Assembly (NCBI GenBank): GCA_002269645.1
Contig: NIVC01000102.1
Location: 887,950-951,949, forward strand
Length of the DNA stretch: 64,000 nt
Source: Macrostomum lignano
Taxonomy: Eukaryota
Reading direction: 5' to 3'
In this document: positions 46,925 through 60,269 of the stretch, in pieces
Position numbering within the stretch: the first letter of the stretch is position 1
Layout: each line of letters begins with the position of its first letter
The notes under the pieces: model-generated
Databases searched by the model: none
Seen by the model: only the letters and a program-made list of their open reading frames with translations
Told to the model about the DNA's origin: nothing
Made by a program: the position numbers and the translations under genes

Positions 46925-47070
46925 TCAATTACCCCAGCTAATGCTGGCACCCATTTTACAGCTGGGTGGACTGAAGCAATGCAGAGTTAAGTGTTTTGCA
47001 CAAGGACACAAATTGTTCCAGTGGGATCGGGAATCGAACCCCCGGCCTTCAAGTCGTGATTCTAAGCCTC
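46925..47070 (-). mobile_element. tRNA-derived SINE-like repeat, copy 1
   Basis: Minus strand has a B-box GGTTCGATTCCC followed by GTGTCCTTGTGCAAAACACTTAAC...CCACCCAGCTGTAAAATGGG. Homologous to 59875-60005. Confidence 0.7.
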
Positions 47071-49130
47071 CATGAGTCAAGATACAGACCTCTTCATACA
47101 GCAGAAATCGCCCAAGTATAATTAGTGAAAGCAAATATCTTATCAATAGGCTCAATAGATCGGGTTGGGGCTCAAATTTAATACGCATACGGCTACACAG
47201 ATGCCTATATCGATCATATGGCAATTAGTAATACAACACGGTACTGATTAGTAATACAAGACAGTTTGCATATGTCTACACTGATAATGCATAGAAGTGA
47301 AGCAGGCATAGGGAGACACAGGGAACATGTGTTTGCATAGCAACTTGTCCTCAATACTTCTTTTATTCTGATTCTGGACACTCTCCAAGGCAGCCTTGAA
47401 TTCTAATATTTGCTCTGCTATAGCTGGGTAGGTTAGCCTAAAAACAACTTGCTCCAGCACGCGCGCCCAGTTCTCCTGATTTTATGCAACATTAATAAAT
47501 CATCGTTTCTCGTTATAACCAACCCTTCCTTTCAGTGGCTCAGGCGGGACGGCACACATGCAAGCAAACTGTGGCTGTCTCAAGAACTCGCGCCACATGC
47601 GACACCATGTTTTGATTTTGTGCAGGGTGGCTACATTAATTTGGGACTTGTGCATGATAACTTGGCCCAAAGGGGGTGACACGGTTCTGGAAAGTCAAAG
47701 GGCTGCTGCACACCCTCTGTGAGCATGTGCATGCATCGGAATTGCCTCAGCGCTCTGGTTGTGAGACAATGTCGCCAAACGCATTGCACCAGGGTGTCCC
47801 AGCATCCTTCCTGTAATTATTATCATTAGTAATGAGCCCAAAAAACATGGGCATCGAAGTGGGGTCCTCTAGCTAAAATACAGAAGGGCTGAGTGGTTGC
47901 AGGTCATGCCAAGAAGTTCACAAATTCAGTCTGGCGGTGAATGAGTTCTGATATGCTTTTGAGATGTAATTCACAATGATGTCCCTAAGGCATAGGATGT
48001 AATGAGTATATACATATATGAGAGATTTTAAGGCATATATACCCTATTTAACCATTGATTTATATCCATATAAAGCATTCTTGTTATCTTTAGGTATCAA
48101 TGAGATAAATAACAATTTGCCTCTTTAGAGCTATATACAATAATCAATATGCTTGAAATAGCTTATAGTTCAAGAAACTTTTACAGAGATTTTTATTAAA
48201 TTGAGAAACATTTTTCTCCTGGCATTAAGATAGGATATTTAAGGAAATAAATTAAAATGAAAACCTTAATGAAAATATTACAATGAAGGTGAACAATGGT
48301 CAATTTCCTAAATAGCAAAGTAAATTTCAGCATTAAATTGTTACTAAAAGTTTCAATTTCAAATGGAAAATCAAACAATATAATTTGTTAATAGCTTAAT
48401 ATTATTTCTTAACCAATCTTATCCTAATCCTGATGGGCTAAAGATTACCTACATTTTCTAAGAAATTAGTATTTAAAAAGAAATTTAAATGTCTACATTA
48501 ATCCTTAAATTTTATTAGCTATTTATGGAATAAGTTTTTATATTAAATAGATTTTAATTAATAAAACATAAGTCTGATCATTAATACTATAATGCAAAAC
48601 AATTTTTATAATATTTATTTGATTTTAAGCATTAGAAAATAGACTCTAGATCTCTAGATCTCTCTAGATCTCTAGATCTCTAGACCCTAGATTTTAATCA
48701 TTAACAGAAATATTAATTAAAAAGATTTTAATGATAACAATATTGATATGATAAAATAGCTCCAGCTCTAGGAAAAAGCCAAGGTAACACTTAGGAGCAT
48801 ATCGAATATGATATACTCGATAGCAAGTAGTTTAGCTGGCATAATGATAGTATGTTCTATTTTTAAAACAAAAAGTCTTTTGCGATTTTTAAACATAGCC
48901 GCCAGTCAGACGGAGCGATAAAAACCAACTGTCTAAATAATTGTCAATAGCAAAAAACGTAATGTACTTAAAATAGAGACGGTTGCTCATAAAGTTTTTT
49001 AGCCACTAAGAAATAAAAAATGGCGGCACTGTACTACATGCTAAGATAAATATAATAAAGGCTAAGTTTGCTTTTAAATAAGTTATAAAACAATCTTCAC
49101 CGCAGTCTGCAGAGCGCGATATTTCAAAGA

Positions 49131-49144
49131 GTTTTCGTGGAAAC
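49131..49144. promoter_or_regulatory. X-box-like motif (GTTTTCGTGGAAAC) in the tub/CAPS2 intergenic region
   Basis: One mismatch to the RFX consensus; ~770 bp upstream of the CAPS2 ATG. Confidence 0.25.
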
Positions 49145-49913
49145 AATAGATCATTTAAAAATGCGCTCTGCTTGAAGTCTACCCATTAAATCAAATTACT
49201 GGTAAATGCTACCAAAGTTGTTTTGTTAAATAAAGGCAGTTATTAGACTTACAAACATATTGCTTTATAGTTTAAATGAAGACTTACTAGTACGTTAAAT
49301 AGATTTTATTATAGCGTAGTCGCGCTTCCTCAATATTTAGAATTGCCAGAAATATTCCTGTTTATGCCGACATGCCCAGTTGGAACTGACCGCTTTCCTC
49401 AATTTTAGACACACAGTGTTAGACACGAGCGAAGCATTCAGCTTTAGTAAATCATGCATTTTTATACGTATTAATATTAAGAAAAATCCTAACTAAAAGA
49501 TATTCTGGATTCAGGTTGAAAAGATTTCTGCATTTTTTTCCTTTTTTATTCAATGGAAAAAAACAAATGTCTAGATTTTTCAATGAAATTAACCATCCAT
49601 TCAGAAGCAAAGCTAAAAACAGCTATTGATAGATTTCAACTCTAATTTTCCTTTGCATATTAATTTTAAATTTGTTACGCGTCTAGTCCTAACAGAAATA
49701 TGTTTAGATACTTGTAAAAATTACTGTTTAAAATATGACAACATTAAGAGAAAATTATGGATTTAGTAGTTGGCCTTATATAATAAGAAGGTTATTTCTC
49801 TGGTAATGTCTGAAATATTTTAGATTTTAAATAAATATTTTATTGTAATTTTTTTCCATTTCAGCGATTTCAAATCAAAGTTCTTTTTAATAGTAAATCA
49901 ATCAGCAGACAGA

Positions 49914-50509
49914 ATGCACTCGGGTAGAAGTTCTTCCATGAGCAACAGAACCAGCAGCACTGTCAGGTTCAACCCCATAACGGTGAATTGATTTTACTGT
50001 CTGCAATGCTGCTTTGAGTGCGTTTCAACCATTTTAAATTTCATCCAGTCTTCTGAAATTGTTTTTATAGGGCGAAGAGAAAGTTTTTGAGCCGCCTCCA
50101 GCCGACCAGCAGGGCCCGATTTCTCGCCCCAGCACCCGCCCAAAAGGTGTCCCGCCTTTGCCCATCGGCTCTCAGGATAACAACAGCGTCGTGGATTATC
50201 GTCGTACGAAATCCGGCTTCCAGAGGCACCAGCAGCACCAACAGACTCCTCCGGACAATGCGAGCTCCATCAGCTGGGGTTCGGGCAGCGAAGCCGATGT
50301 CCTCTCAGTCAAGAGCAACGAATTCGGCGAGAGAGCCGCCGCTCCTAGGGGTGTCCCGCAGCTAGAGGTTCGAACCTACGGCCATCAGGCGCAACGCCAC
50401 CACGACCAGCAGCAGCAGCAACGTTTCCGTGGGACAGGAGCCGTGAATAGGGGAATAAAAATTGTGAGAGCAAAATTGCATGCTTAAAATTGCAATTTAT
50501 TTATGCATC

Positions 50510-50604
<95 letters not shown>

Positions 50605-53600
50605 AATCTGCCTTTATTTGAATTCAATATCGTTTTATTAAGCCTCATATCGAGAGCTAAAAACCAGTTAATAAGAAGTTTAAGCCCCAGCTAGCACACC
50701 AGTCTGTCTGCCCCACAATGCAGCAGAGTAGTAAAATACAAGCCCAATGCAGAATCGCCAATATTGATTTAGTCGCGACAAAGTCAGTTGAGCTTCAATC
50801 TACAAAAGGCTCATGTGCGGCAACCCCACAACGCAGTTGAAGTATATTAAGCTTGGTAAAAAATCATATTGATCGAGCTGCAGTCGCTAACACTGGATAT
50901 GAGATATGAGTCAGCGCTCGGGGCAAATGCTAGTGGCGGGCTTCTGGTCTTCAATGGGATACCATATTGTTTTTATTCAATTCATTCACTAGTGAGCTTC
51001 CGAAGGGGTTAGCAGTACTTCACTCTTCAATGGAGGGTACACGTATTCTGGAGACGGAGTGCTGTGCCCAGGGAAAAATAGATCGAGTGAGCTCAAGGAA
51101 CGAGACTCGTATACTGACAATACTTGTTGTGAAAACTTCAACATATCTCGGTATTTGATTGCTCAAAGTAGGAAAAAAAATTAAATTCTATTGACGATAT
51201 TTCGAAGTGCATCGAAGTATACTACAATTTGTTGAATTAAAATCATAAATAATTATTTATAAGATTTTGTCAAAGTTTAAAACTTTTAAATTCCGAGAAT
51301 GAGCGTATTTTAACAAACATTTTGCTATTTTTTGAATCTTTGACAAATCGTTTTTAATCAGTACCCTTTAACTGTACACTTCTATGATTCCAGGAAATGA
51401 ATTCAATTAAACAAATTTAAACTCTACACTCCAATTTGCAGTTTTTAAAATGTATTTTAAAAGTAATTTAGCTATTTTCCTGTTTTAGAAATTCTTAGAA
51501 ATCAGTGCACTTTAACTGCACTCCCATGTATGATTCTGAGAAACGAGTTCAATAAAACAAATACAATCTTCACGAATCTCCAATTTCAACAGGGCCCATA
51601 CGAAGATGACGACTTGGCCTCTTTGGCGTCAGGCCGGTCAGCAATGTCCAGCTATTCAAGCACATCGTCCAGAACCAGTCAGACATCATCTGGTCAGTCG
51701 CCATCATTTGACGATGTGAGCAGCTGTCGTGGTGAAATATTTATGATTTATTGATTTCTTAACTATAGATTTTTATTAAATTTTTTCTCTTAATATCATC
51801 TCCCGCAGTCCGCGAGTACAGTGAGCTCTTTCAGATCGCTGAGCTTGTCAAACAGGCCGCCGGCCTCTGAGGACGCCATGAACGAGGCGTCGAAAAAAGT
51901 TGAGATTTTCGAACGACTCTGGGCGTCTCGACAGGATAAGAGCAACAATGAGTTGCTGAGGCGACTCAACAAGGTGATTGATCAGTCTCTACGGCGTATT
52001 ATCCCACGTCTCTATCCATTATCGCACTGTCTCTATCGATTGGCTCACTGTCTCTATCCATTATCCAACTGTCTCTATCCATTATCCCACTGTCTCTATC
52101 GATTATCTCACTGTCTCTATCCATTACCCCACTGTCTCTATCCATTATCCCACTATCCTTTCTCTCCCATCCCCAGGAGGAGGAACTGGAGGCCCGCCGT
52201 CGCGAGTCCATCCTGGACGCGGTGATGGTGGACCAGCTGTCGCGAGCCCCGATGTGTGACCCTGAGCAGGAGACCAATCGATCAGATGTGTCAGTCAACC
52301 AGGCCCTGCAGCACGTGCCTGGCATGCCTCGAGGCAGCATCCGTCATCTGCATCATTCGAAAATTCGAACAGCCAATTCGGCTACCGAACAGTTGCTGAG
52401 CGATCGAGTTCGATTCACAGTTCGAATAATCACTGCCAGCGGCAACCAGGACGCCATCCGGGAGCTCACGGGATTCTTCTTTGCTCTGGACAGCACTTTT
52501 ACTGTCTACGAGTTTAAAACATTTGGTAAAACGTAGGTCCTATATACACTACTTTATTTTAAGTAGTAGGCATGTAGCGCCTTTTCCAACTGAAAAATGG
52601 GAAATCTAGTGAAAACTTAAATTCATGATTTTTTTAATTTGGACTTTTACTCTGCTAATATTGGTCCTGTATTTTTCAATATGATTTATATAGTTTTATG
52701 AGTTTTTATAGAATCAGGGATTTGGAATCAGAGATTTGGGATTTGGGATCTGGGATTTGGGATTCGGGATTTGGGGTTTTGGATCTGTGATTTGGGATAT
52801 GGGGTTTAAAATCTGAAGTTTGGAATCCGGGATTTGGGATCTGGAATTTAGAATCTGGGATTTGGGATCTGGGATTCGGGATTTAGGATTTGGAATTTGG
52901 GACTTGGGATCTGGGATTAGGGATTTAGGGTTTGAAATCAGTGATTTGAAATCTGGGTTTGAAATCTGCAGGCATTTGGGATTTAAGATATGGGATCTGG
53001 GATTTTGGATCTGGGATTTGGGATTTGGGAATTGGGATCTGGATTCCGGATCTGGAATTTGAAGTCTGGGATTGAAATCTGGGATTTGAAATCTGGGATT
53101 TGAAATCTGGGATTTGAAATCTGGGATTTGAAATCTGGGATTTGAGATCTGCAGGCATTTGGGATTTGGGATTAAATATCGATGATGATATAGGCGGTTT
53201 TTAGTATCATAAAACTACACTACTGCAAGTAGTTAGAATCTCAATCAATTCAAAAGAAAACCCACCGCAAAATAACCCCTCAATCCACAGGTCCAAAGCG
53301 CTACCATTTGTGAAACGCGGTCACTACCGAGCCGCTTGGGGTCGCAAGCGAGGCCAGCCCTACACAGTGTTTGACCTGTGGCCGGGGAACACGCTTTACA
53401 TTGCCACTGATGACCAGCCCGGACTGCCGAAGTCCACTCGAGCCTGCGCCGTGCTCAAGCTCAGGGTCTCGGAGGTTGACGATCCTGTCAGGAAAAAACT
53501 CATGTGAGATTTTCGAGAATGGGAGAAGGAAGGAATAGTAGGTTTGAGAAGGGTGTGAAGGGCTGAGATGGAAATGAAGGGTTGAGAGGGAGGGAGTGAA

Positions 53601-56589
53601 GGGTTGAGAAGGAGGGAGTGAAGGGTTGAGAAGGAGGGAGTGAAGGGTTGAGAAGGAGGGAGTGAAGAGTTGAGAGGGAAGGAGTGAAGAGTTGAGAGGG
53701 AAGGAGTGAAGGGTTGAGAGAAGAGAAGTGAAGGGCTAAGAAGGAGGGAGTGAAGGGTTGAGATGGAGGGAGTGAAGGGTTGAGAAGGAAGGTGTGAAGG
53801 GTTGAGAGGGAGGGAATGAAGGGTTATGATTTCAAGGAATGAATGAGATAAATGTGAGACCTGATTTATAAGCTGAATTTTAGAAATAAAAGTAAAAAAC
53901 GCCATGAAAACTTGTTTTTGTTTTGAATTAAAGGCAAAAGTACGGCTTGCTACAAGGCTGGGAAATGGAGAAGTAAATGAGTGCATCTAATTTGTTTTTC
54001 TATTGGGTTAATTTCAGTTTTCATCGGATTCATTTGGATTGCTGCTTTATTCAGAAATTTTCAATACCGGGTGACTGCGGCCTATTTTTATCAACAAACA
54101 GAAAAAACCGGATTCATTCGCATTTCCTCTACTAACAGTAGTATGACTTAGTAAAAGTAATAGAAAAAATCGTTTATAATTTTTTAAATATTGCAGAGAG
54201 ACTCTGTACATGTCGGGCAAGGACCTCACTGCCAGCCAGTACGCCAGACTGCACGTGCCCACCGATTCGGACGAGCTGAATCAGGTTGTGCAACTCGAGC
54301 AGGTGCAAAAACACGCAAGGTCGTTGGTTCGACGCCGAGCGGTTGCCACCCTGACTGGCCTGTTCTCGCACTGTCGCCGGATGGACGAGGAGGGCCGCGA
54401 CCAGCTGCCCAGGCACGAGTTGGAACTCGCGTTGAAGAAGTTCCGCATGCACGGACTCACGGATGAGCAGCTGGACAGAGTGTGGGACGCGTGCGACCCG
54501 GAGATGACGTCATTCGCTGATTATTACGCCTACCTGTGCGCTGTGTTCGGTGAAATGGATGAAACGGTTAAACGGCTGGTGATGAAGGTGATTCTATCAA
54601 TAGTTGACCTGCTTTACCACTATCTACCTGCTCAAGCTAAAAGAAGGACGTTGTGCACCTTGTTAAGGCTACGGTTCAGAAGTTAATACTTCAGGATGCC
54701 ATGACTCAATGCGGGGAGTTGTTGAGATGCCATGACTCAATCGGGGAGTTGCTGAGATGCCAATTGGCTCAATCGGGGAGTTGCTGAGATGACATGGCTC
54801 AATGAGGAGTTGCTGAGATGCCATAGCTCAATCGGGGAGTTGCTGAGATGCCAATTGGCTCAATCGGGGAGTTGCTGAGATGACATGGCTCAATGAGGAG
54901 TTGCTGAGATGCCTTGGCTCAATGGGGGGAGTTGTTGAGATGCCATAGCTCAATCGGGGAGTTGCTGAGATGCCAATTGGCTCAATCGGGGAGTTGCTGA
55001 GATGACATGGCTCAATGAGGAGTTGCTGAGATGCCTTGGCTCAATGGGGGGAGTTGCTGAGATGCCAATTGGCTTTTTTTTTAGTTGCTGAGATGCCATG
55101 GCTTAAAGTGGGGGGGGGTTGCTGAGATGCCAATTGGCTCAATTTGGAGTTGCTGAGATGCAATGGCTTAAAGGGGGAGTTGCTGAGATGCCAATTGGCT
55201 CAATGAGGAGTTGCTGAGATGCCTTGGCTCAATGGGGGGAGTTGTTGAGATGCCATAGCTCAATCGGGGAGTTGCTGAGATGCCAATTGGCTCAATCGGG
55301 GAGTTGCTGAGATGCCAATTGGCTCAATTTGGAGTTGCTGAGATGCAATGGCTTAAAGGGGGAGTTGCTGAGATGCCAATTGGCTCAATTTGGAGTTGCT
55401 GAGATGCCAATTGGCTCAATGGGGAGTTGTTGAAATGCCATAGCTCAATCGGGGAGTTGCTGAGATGCCAATTGGCTCAATCGGGGAGTTGCTGAGATGC
55501 CAATTGGCTCAATCGGGGAGTTGTTGAGATGCCATGGCTCAATCGGGGAGTTGCTGAGATGCCAATTGGCTCAATTTGGAGTTGCTGAGATGCCATGGCT
55601 TAAAGGGGGAGTTGCTGAGATGCCAATTGGCTCAATTTGGAGTTGCTGAGGTGCCAATTGGCTCAATGGGGGAGTTGCTGAGATGCCAATTGGCTCAATG
55701 GGGAGCTGCTGAGATGCCAATTGGCTCAATGGGGGAGTTGCTGAGATGCCAATTGGCTCAATGGGGAGTTGCTGAGATGCTCAAACATGAGCTAAACCAC
55801 GCTGAAACATCTAAATGCGTGATGAAGTGTTGAATTTGTGATGAATTGTGATGAAATTGTGATGAATTTGTTAAAATATTCTCAACCCATACCAACTTTA
55901 GGCCTTCCTAAAAATGGACACGGCAAAGTCTGGTGCGGTGTCCTTCGCAGACATTGGTCGTTTCTATCGAGCAACCAGCCACCCATCGGTGCTGCAAGGT
56001 GAGGTTTTCTCAGCTACAGTGATACAGCTCAAATTGTAATCATTTACAGTAAATTTAACTGATAATTTGTATTTTTCCCCGCCTTGAAAAAACAACAGCC
56101 TATCATTTCACGTCAGGTAAAATTGTTTCTGTTGGACCCAACAGTTCAAAGTATTGCGATTCGAAAATAATTTATTATCAAATTACCTACAAAGAATTCT
56201 CAGATTCTCAGAAAGTTTTTTCCTTAATCAAACACAGTCAGTGCTACTTTTTAACCGTTGATATATAAAGTAGTATAGTGCGCGTAAAATGACTAAAATT
56301 GGACAGAAAAAACTTTCAGCCAAATTCTGAGCATTAAATTCTGAAACGACTACTTACTATCTCTTTATTAAGTAGTCTAATTTGAAAATTTTCTACGAAA
56401 CTCTTTAAAACAGGCGAAAGTTCGCAAGCCAACGTGTTGAAAAATTTTCTAGACGGTTTTTCCAACTTCATCCAGCGCAAGGAGACTGTTTCAGCAATAG
56501 AGTTCATCGTGTACTACGAAGGCCTTGGGATTCAGTTGGACGATGACGTCACACTGGCCGAAATTGTCCGAAACTGTTGGAACGTTTGA
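49914..56589 (+). CDS. CAPS2: Calcyphosin-2 (EF-hand protein), ~653 aa, 9 exons
   Basis: Exons 49914-49982, 50071-50442, 51593-51715, 51809-51973, 52177-52532, 53291-53503, 54197-54587, 55902-55998 and 56414-56589 total 1962 nt in frame. Motifs DQLSRAPMCDPEQ, RELTGFFFALDSTFTVYEFKTFGK, LPFVKRG, AFLKMD, EFIVYYEGLGI...W resemble CAPS2. The first two exons are less certain. Confidence 0.88.
50512..50604. repeat. (TATC)n microsatellite
   Basis: Read directly. Confidence 0.95.
52010..52160. repeat. 21-bp intronic repeat (CACTGTCTCTATCCATTATCC)
   Basis: About 7 copies. Confidence 0.9.
52715..53175. repeat. GGGATTT/GGGATCT-type short-period repeat
   Basis: Read directly; CAPS2 intron. Confidence 0.85.
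53560..53825. repeat. ~20-bp purine-rich repeat (GAAGGGTTGAGAAGGAGGGAGT)
   Basis: Read directly. Confidence 0.85.
54700..55778. repeat. ~30-bp minisatellite (GGAGTTGCTGAGATGCCAATTGGCTCAAT..)
   Basis: About 35 copies in a CAPS2 intron. Confidence 0.95.
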
Positions 56590-56827
56590 TGACCTCAAAT
56601 TCACTTTAAACCAACCAAAACTAATGCAGCAAAGAGTTATTATTTACTGATAGTTTGGTTTCTGCCGAAGCCGGTATGGGGCAGATTTTTATGGCTGATA
56701 TCACTGAGGTCATTGCTCTCCTATCTTCCTCGGCCACTGGTAGTTACGCTCGTTTATTGACTCGGTTTTTACTGAATTGCATGCTCGTAAAAAAGCATAA
56801 TTGTTACTGGCGACTTTGATTCAAAGA

Positions 56828-58210
56828 TCTTTGACCCACTTGATCCCTGACCCACTTGATCCCTGACCCACTTGATCCCTGACTGACCCACTTGATCCCT
56901 GACTGATCCTCTTGATCCCTGACTCTCTTGATCCCTGACCCTCTTGATCCCTGACTGACCCACTTGATCCCTGAATGACCCACTTGATCCCTGAATGACA
57001 CACTTGATCCCTGACCCTCTTTATCCCTGACTGACCCTCTTGATTCCTGACTGACCCTCTTGATCCCTGACTGACCCTCTTGATCCCTGACCCTCTTGAT
57101 CCCTGACTGACCCTCTTGATCCCTAACCCTCTTGATCCCTGACTGACCCTCTTGATCCCTGACCCTCTTGATCCCTGACTGACCCTCTTGATCCCTGACC
57201 CTCTTGATCCCTGACTGACCCTCTTGATCCCTGACCCTCTTGATCCCTGACCCTCTTGATCCCTGACCCTCTTGATCCCTGACCCTCTTGATCCCTGACT
57301 GACCCTCTTGATCCCTGACCCACTTGATCCCTGACTGATCCTCTTGATCCCTGACCCTCTTGATCCCTAACCCTCTTGATACCTGACTGACCCACTTGAT
57401 CCCTAACCCTCTTGATCCCTGACCCTCTTGATCCCTGACTGACCCACTTGATCTCTGAATGACCCACTTGATCCCTAACCCTCTTGATCCCTGACTGACC
57501 CACTTGATCCCTGAATGACCCACTTGATCCCTAACCCTCTTGATCCCTGACTGACCCTCTTGATCCCTGACCCTTTTGATCCCTGACTGACCCTCTTGAT
57601 CCCTGATCCACTTGATCCCTGACCCACTTGATCCCCGACCCACTTGATCCCTGACCCACTTGATCCCTGACCCACTTGACCCCTGACCCACTCGATCCCT
57701 GACCCACTTGATCCCTGACCCACTCGATCCCTGACCCACTTGATCCCTGACCCACTTGACCCCTGACCCACTTGATCCCCGACCCACTTGATCCCTGACC
57801 CACTTGATCCCTGACCCACTTGACCCCTGACCCACTCGATCCCTGACCCACTTGATCCCTGACCCACTCGATCCCTGACCCACTTGATCCCTGACCCACT
57901 TGACCCCTGACCCACTCGATCCCTGACCCACTTGATCCCTGACCCACTCGATCCCTGACCCACTTGATGCCTGACCCACTCGATCCCTGACCCACTTGAT
58001 CCCTGACCCACTCGATCCCTGACCCACTTGATGCCTGACCCACTCGATCCCTGACCCACTTGATCCCTGACCCACTCGATCCCTGACCCACTCGATCCCT
58101 GACCCACTTGATCCCTGACCCACCCGATCCCTGACCCGCTTGACCCCTGACCCACCCGATCCCTGACCCACTTGATCCCTGACCCACCCGATCCCTGACC
58201 CGCTTGACCT
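56828..58210. repeat. 16/20-bp satellite (GATCCCTGACCCACTT / GATCCCTGACTGACCCTCTT)
   Basis: Read directly. Confidence 0.95.
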
Positions 58211-58700
58211 AGACTCAATCGATATTTCCAACAAGATCAGCTGCTGTGCGGCAGGAATTCTGACTGTTTATTTCAACATGACTACTTTTCATTAATTAGT
58301 TAACAATCATTCATTGTTGGCACGATTATAAAACTGTTTTCAAATCTTTTTAAAAAAATTACTCTAATCTTCTCTGGTGAGTGCAGTTTACTCAATATTT
58401 ATGCAAAGATTTAATTTCCGTACTTGTATCCAAAATCCAAAAAATTAATCGTAACTCATGTTTTGACTGGATTGAATTGAGTTAAAATACTTTTTGACAC
58501 TTTAACCAAAGTTTTAATGTTAATTTGCTTAATGCTCTACTGTAAAGCACTTTAATTGCATTTTTCTATCATTTTGAAAAAAGCATGAAATATAACGGCT
58601 CGCATTGGGATGGATAGTTGTGTTTATCCGATGAAATTGGCTGGAACAGGTAATTCAGTCTGAAATCTGTAATTAACTATGATAGCTTTTGCTTTTCCAT

Positions 58701-59018
58701 GTGTCAGATGAGGTACAGCAAGTACAGGTAAGATGTGTCAGATGAGGTGCAGCAAGTACAGGTAAGATGTGTCAGATGAGGTGCAGCAAGTACAGGTAAG
58801 ATGTTTCAGATGAGGTGCAGCAAGTACAGGTAAGATGTGTCAGATGAGGTGCAGCAAGTACAGGTAAGATGTTTCAGATGAAGTGCAGTAAGTACAGGTA
58901 AGATGTGTCAGATGAGGTGCAGTAAGTACAGTTAAGATGTGTCAGATGAGGTACAGCAAGTACAGGTAAGATGTGTCAGATGAAGTGCAGTTAGTACAGG
59001 TGAGATGTGTCAGATGAG
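58701..59018. repeat. 34-bp minisatellite (GTGTCAGATGAGGTGCAGCAAGTACAGGTAAGAT)
   Basis: About 9 contiguous copies, no spacers. Confidence 0.95.
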
Positions 59019-59282
59019 ACGTAATTGCACTGAAATTAGGAGCAATTATCGATTTACCGTTTATGTAGCGAGAGACGTGTCGGATGCATTCAAACAAAAA
59101 TTTTCACTCTGCATATATTTCCACAAAATCGCATGCACAGGTGAACAGTGTCACAGGTAAAAGTACTTTAAAATTCGCTAACCTTGCATGCAACTTTTCA
59201 ATAATCTAGAGATTTATTAGTAAGCGATTCAGATTGCTTGTACGTTGTCCATGTTATTGACTCCACACAACATTGAGCACAA

Positions 59283-59807
59283 CTATCCAGCTCGCTCTTC
59301 ATAGCCAGAGTCCACAGCTTCAACCGTGCGATTAACAGATCTGGAAGCGTCGACGCACATCAAACAAGCCGGCACAATCATGGCCATCATGATGACCAGG
59401 ATAGCCACATAGGTCATGGTCGAGGCCAGCTCAGAGTCCTTTAGTGGCAGTGGCAAGTGGCAAGTGGCAAGCATGAACAGGAGTAAAAGGGCAAACACAA
59501 ACAATAAGCCCAAAATTTCAATCTTAGCAAAGAAATAAATCCCCAAAATGCTGCCCCGAATCCGACGGGCCGCTCGCTTCCGCATTGCTGCCTCAAGGAA
59601 CGCCTCAGACACCGCGCGGAATCCGCGGCGTCTCGACCGCTTTGCCAGCGAGATCAGCAGCGACAGGGAGAAACAGGTGAGCAACTTCACCAAGCTTGAA
59701 TTTGCTGCCGGTTCTTCATCAGCTCTCCCATCGAGACAGTCGGGATCTGCTACGGTAGAAGCCAGGGCTTGCACAGTCCTTTGTGAGCTTTTTTCAGCCA
59801 GTGATGG
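59283..59807 (-). CDS. Exon/ORF encoding 2-3 predicted transmembrane helices; possibly the terminal exon of the ANK-cGLR gene
   Basis: Open frame from a CTTTACAG acceptor (59808) to the stop at 59283. Hydrophobic stretches ILGLLFVFALLLLFMLAT, MTYVAILVIMMAMIVPACLMCV and LLTCFSLSLLISLA. Confidence 0.5.
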   Translation of the reverse strand, partial: PSLAEKSSQRTVQALASTVADPDCLDGRADEEPAANSSLVKLLTCFSLSLLISLAKRSRRRGFRAVSEAFLEAAMRKRAARRIRGSILGIYFFAKIEILGLLFVFALLLLFMLATCHLPLPLKDSELASTMTYVAILVIMMAMIVPACLMCVDASRSVNRTVEAVDSGYEERAG

Positions 59808-59874
59808 CTGTAAAGCATTGGGTAAATGATAGTTGCTAGGCTAGGTATTACAACACTCACACTCAATTTAAATT

Positions 59875-60005
59875 TTACCCGTTTTACAGCTGGGAGAACG
59901 GAAGCAATGCAAGAGTTTTAAGTGTCTTGCTCAAGGACACAGATTTTTTCCGATTGGGTCGAGAATCGAACCCCCGCCTCCGATCTTTCAATCGCGTACA
60001 ACCTC
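59875..60005 (-). mobile_element. tRNA-derived SINE-like repeat, copy 2
   Basis: GGTTCGATTC B-box plus GTGTCCTTGAGCAAGACACTTAA...CCCAGCTGTAAAACGGG; homologous to 46925-47070. Confidence 0.7.
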
Positions 60006-60269
60006 TTGCAAATGTATAGTTTCATAATCTTTATTTGGTTTGCTGTGACTATAGAGCAGATACTATCTCCTACACAAATACATCTTACCATGGGGTTCTG
60101 CCTACAACCAAATGTTCAATATAATAGTAAATACCATTCGAATTTCGTGGACCTTAGTGACAAGCCCAATGGGTTGATTTGTTGTCAACCTCTCTTAGCA
60201 AAGATGTTACTTTGATGTTACCTGCTACTCAAATTACAGAGATTTTTTAACTGGACCTGGTGGGTGGAG

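Noticed and set aside
46925-47070. tRNA gene
   Set aside because: Only a B-box is evident, no cloverleaf could be built, and it continues into a SINE-like body repeated at 59875.
56804-58234. 476-aa and overlapping G/S/Q/W-rich ORFs
   Set aside because: Open frames arise from the 16/20-bp satellite; no non-repetitive coding signal.
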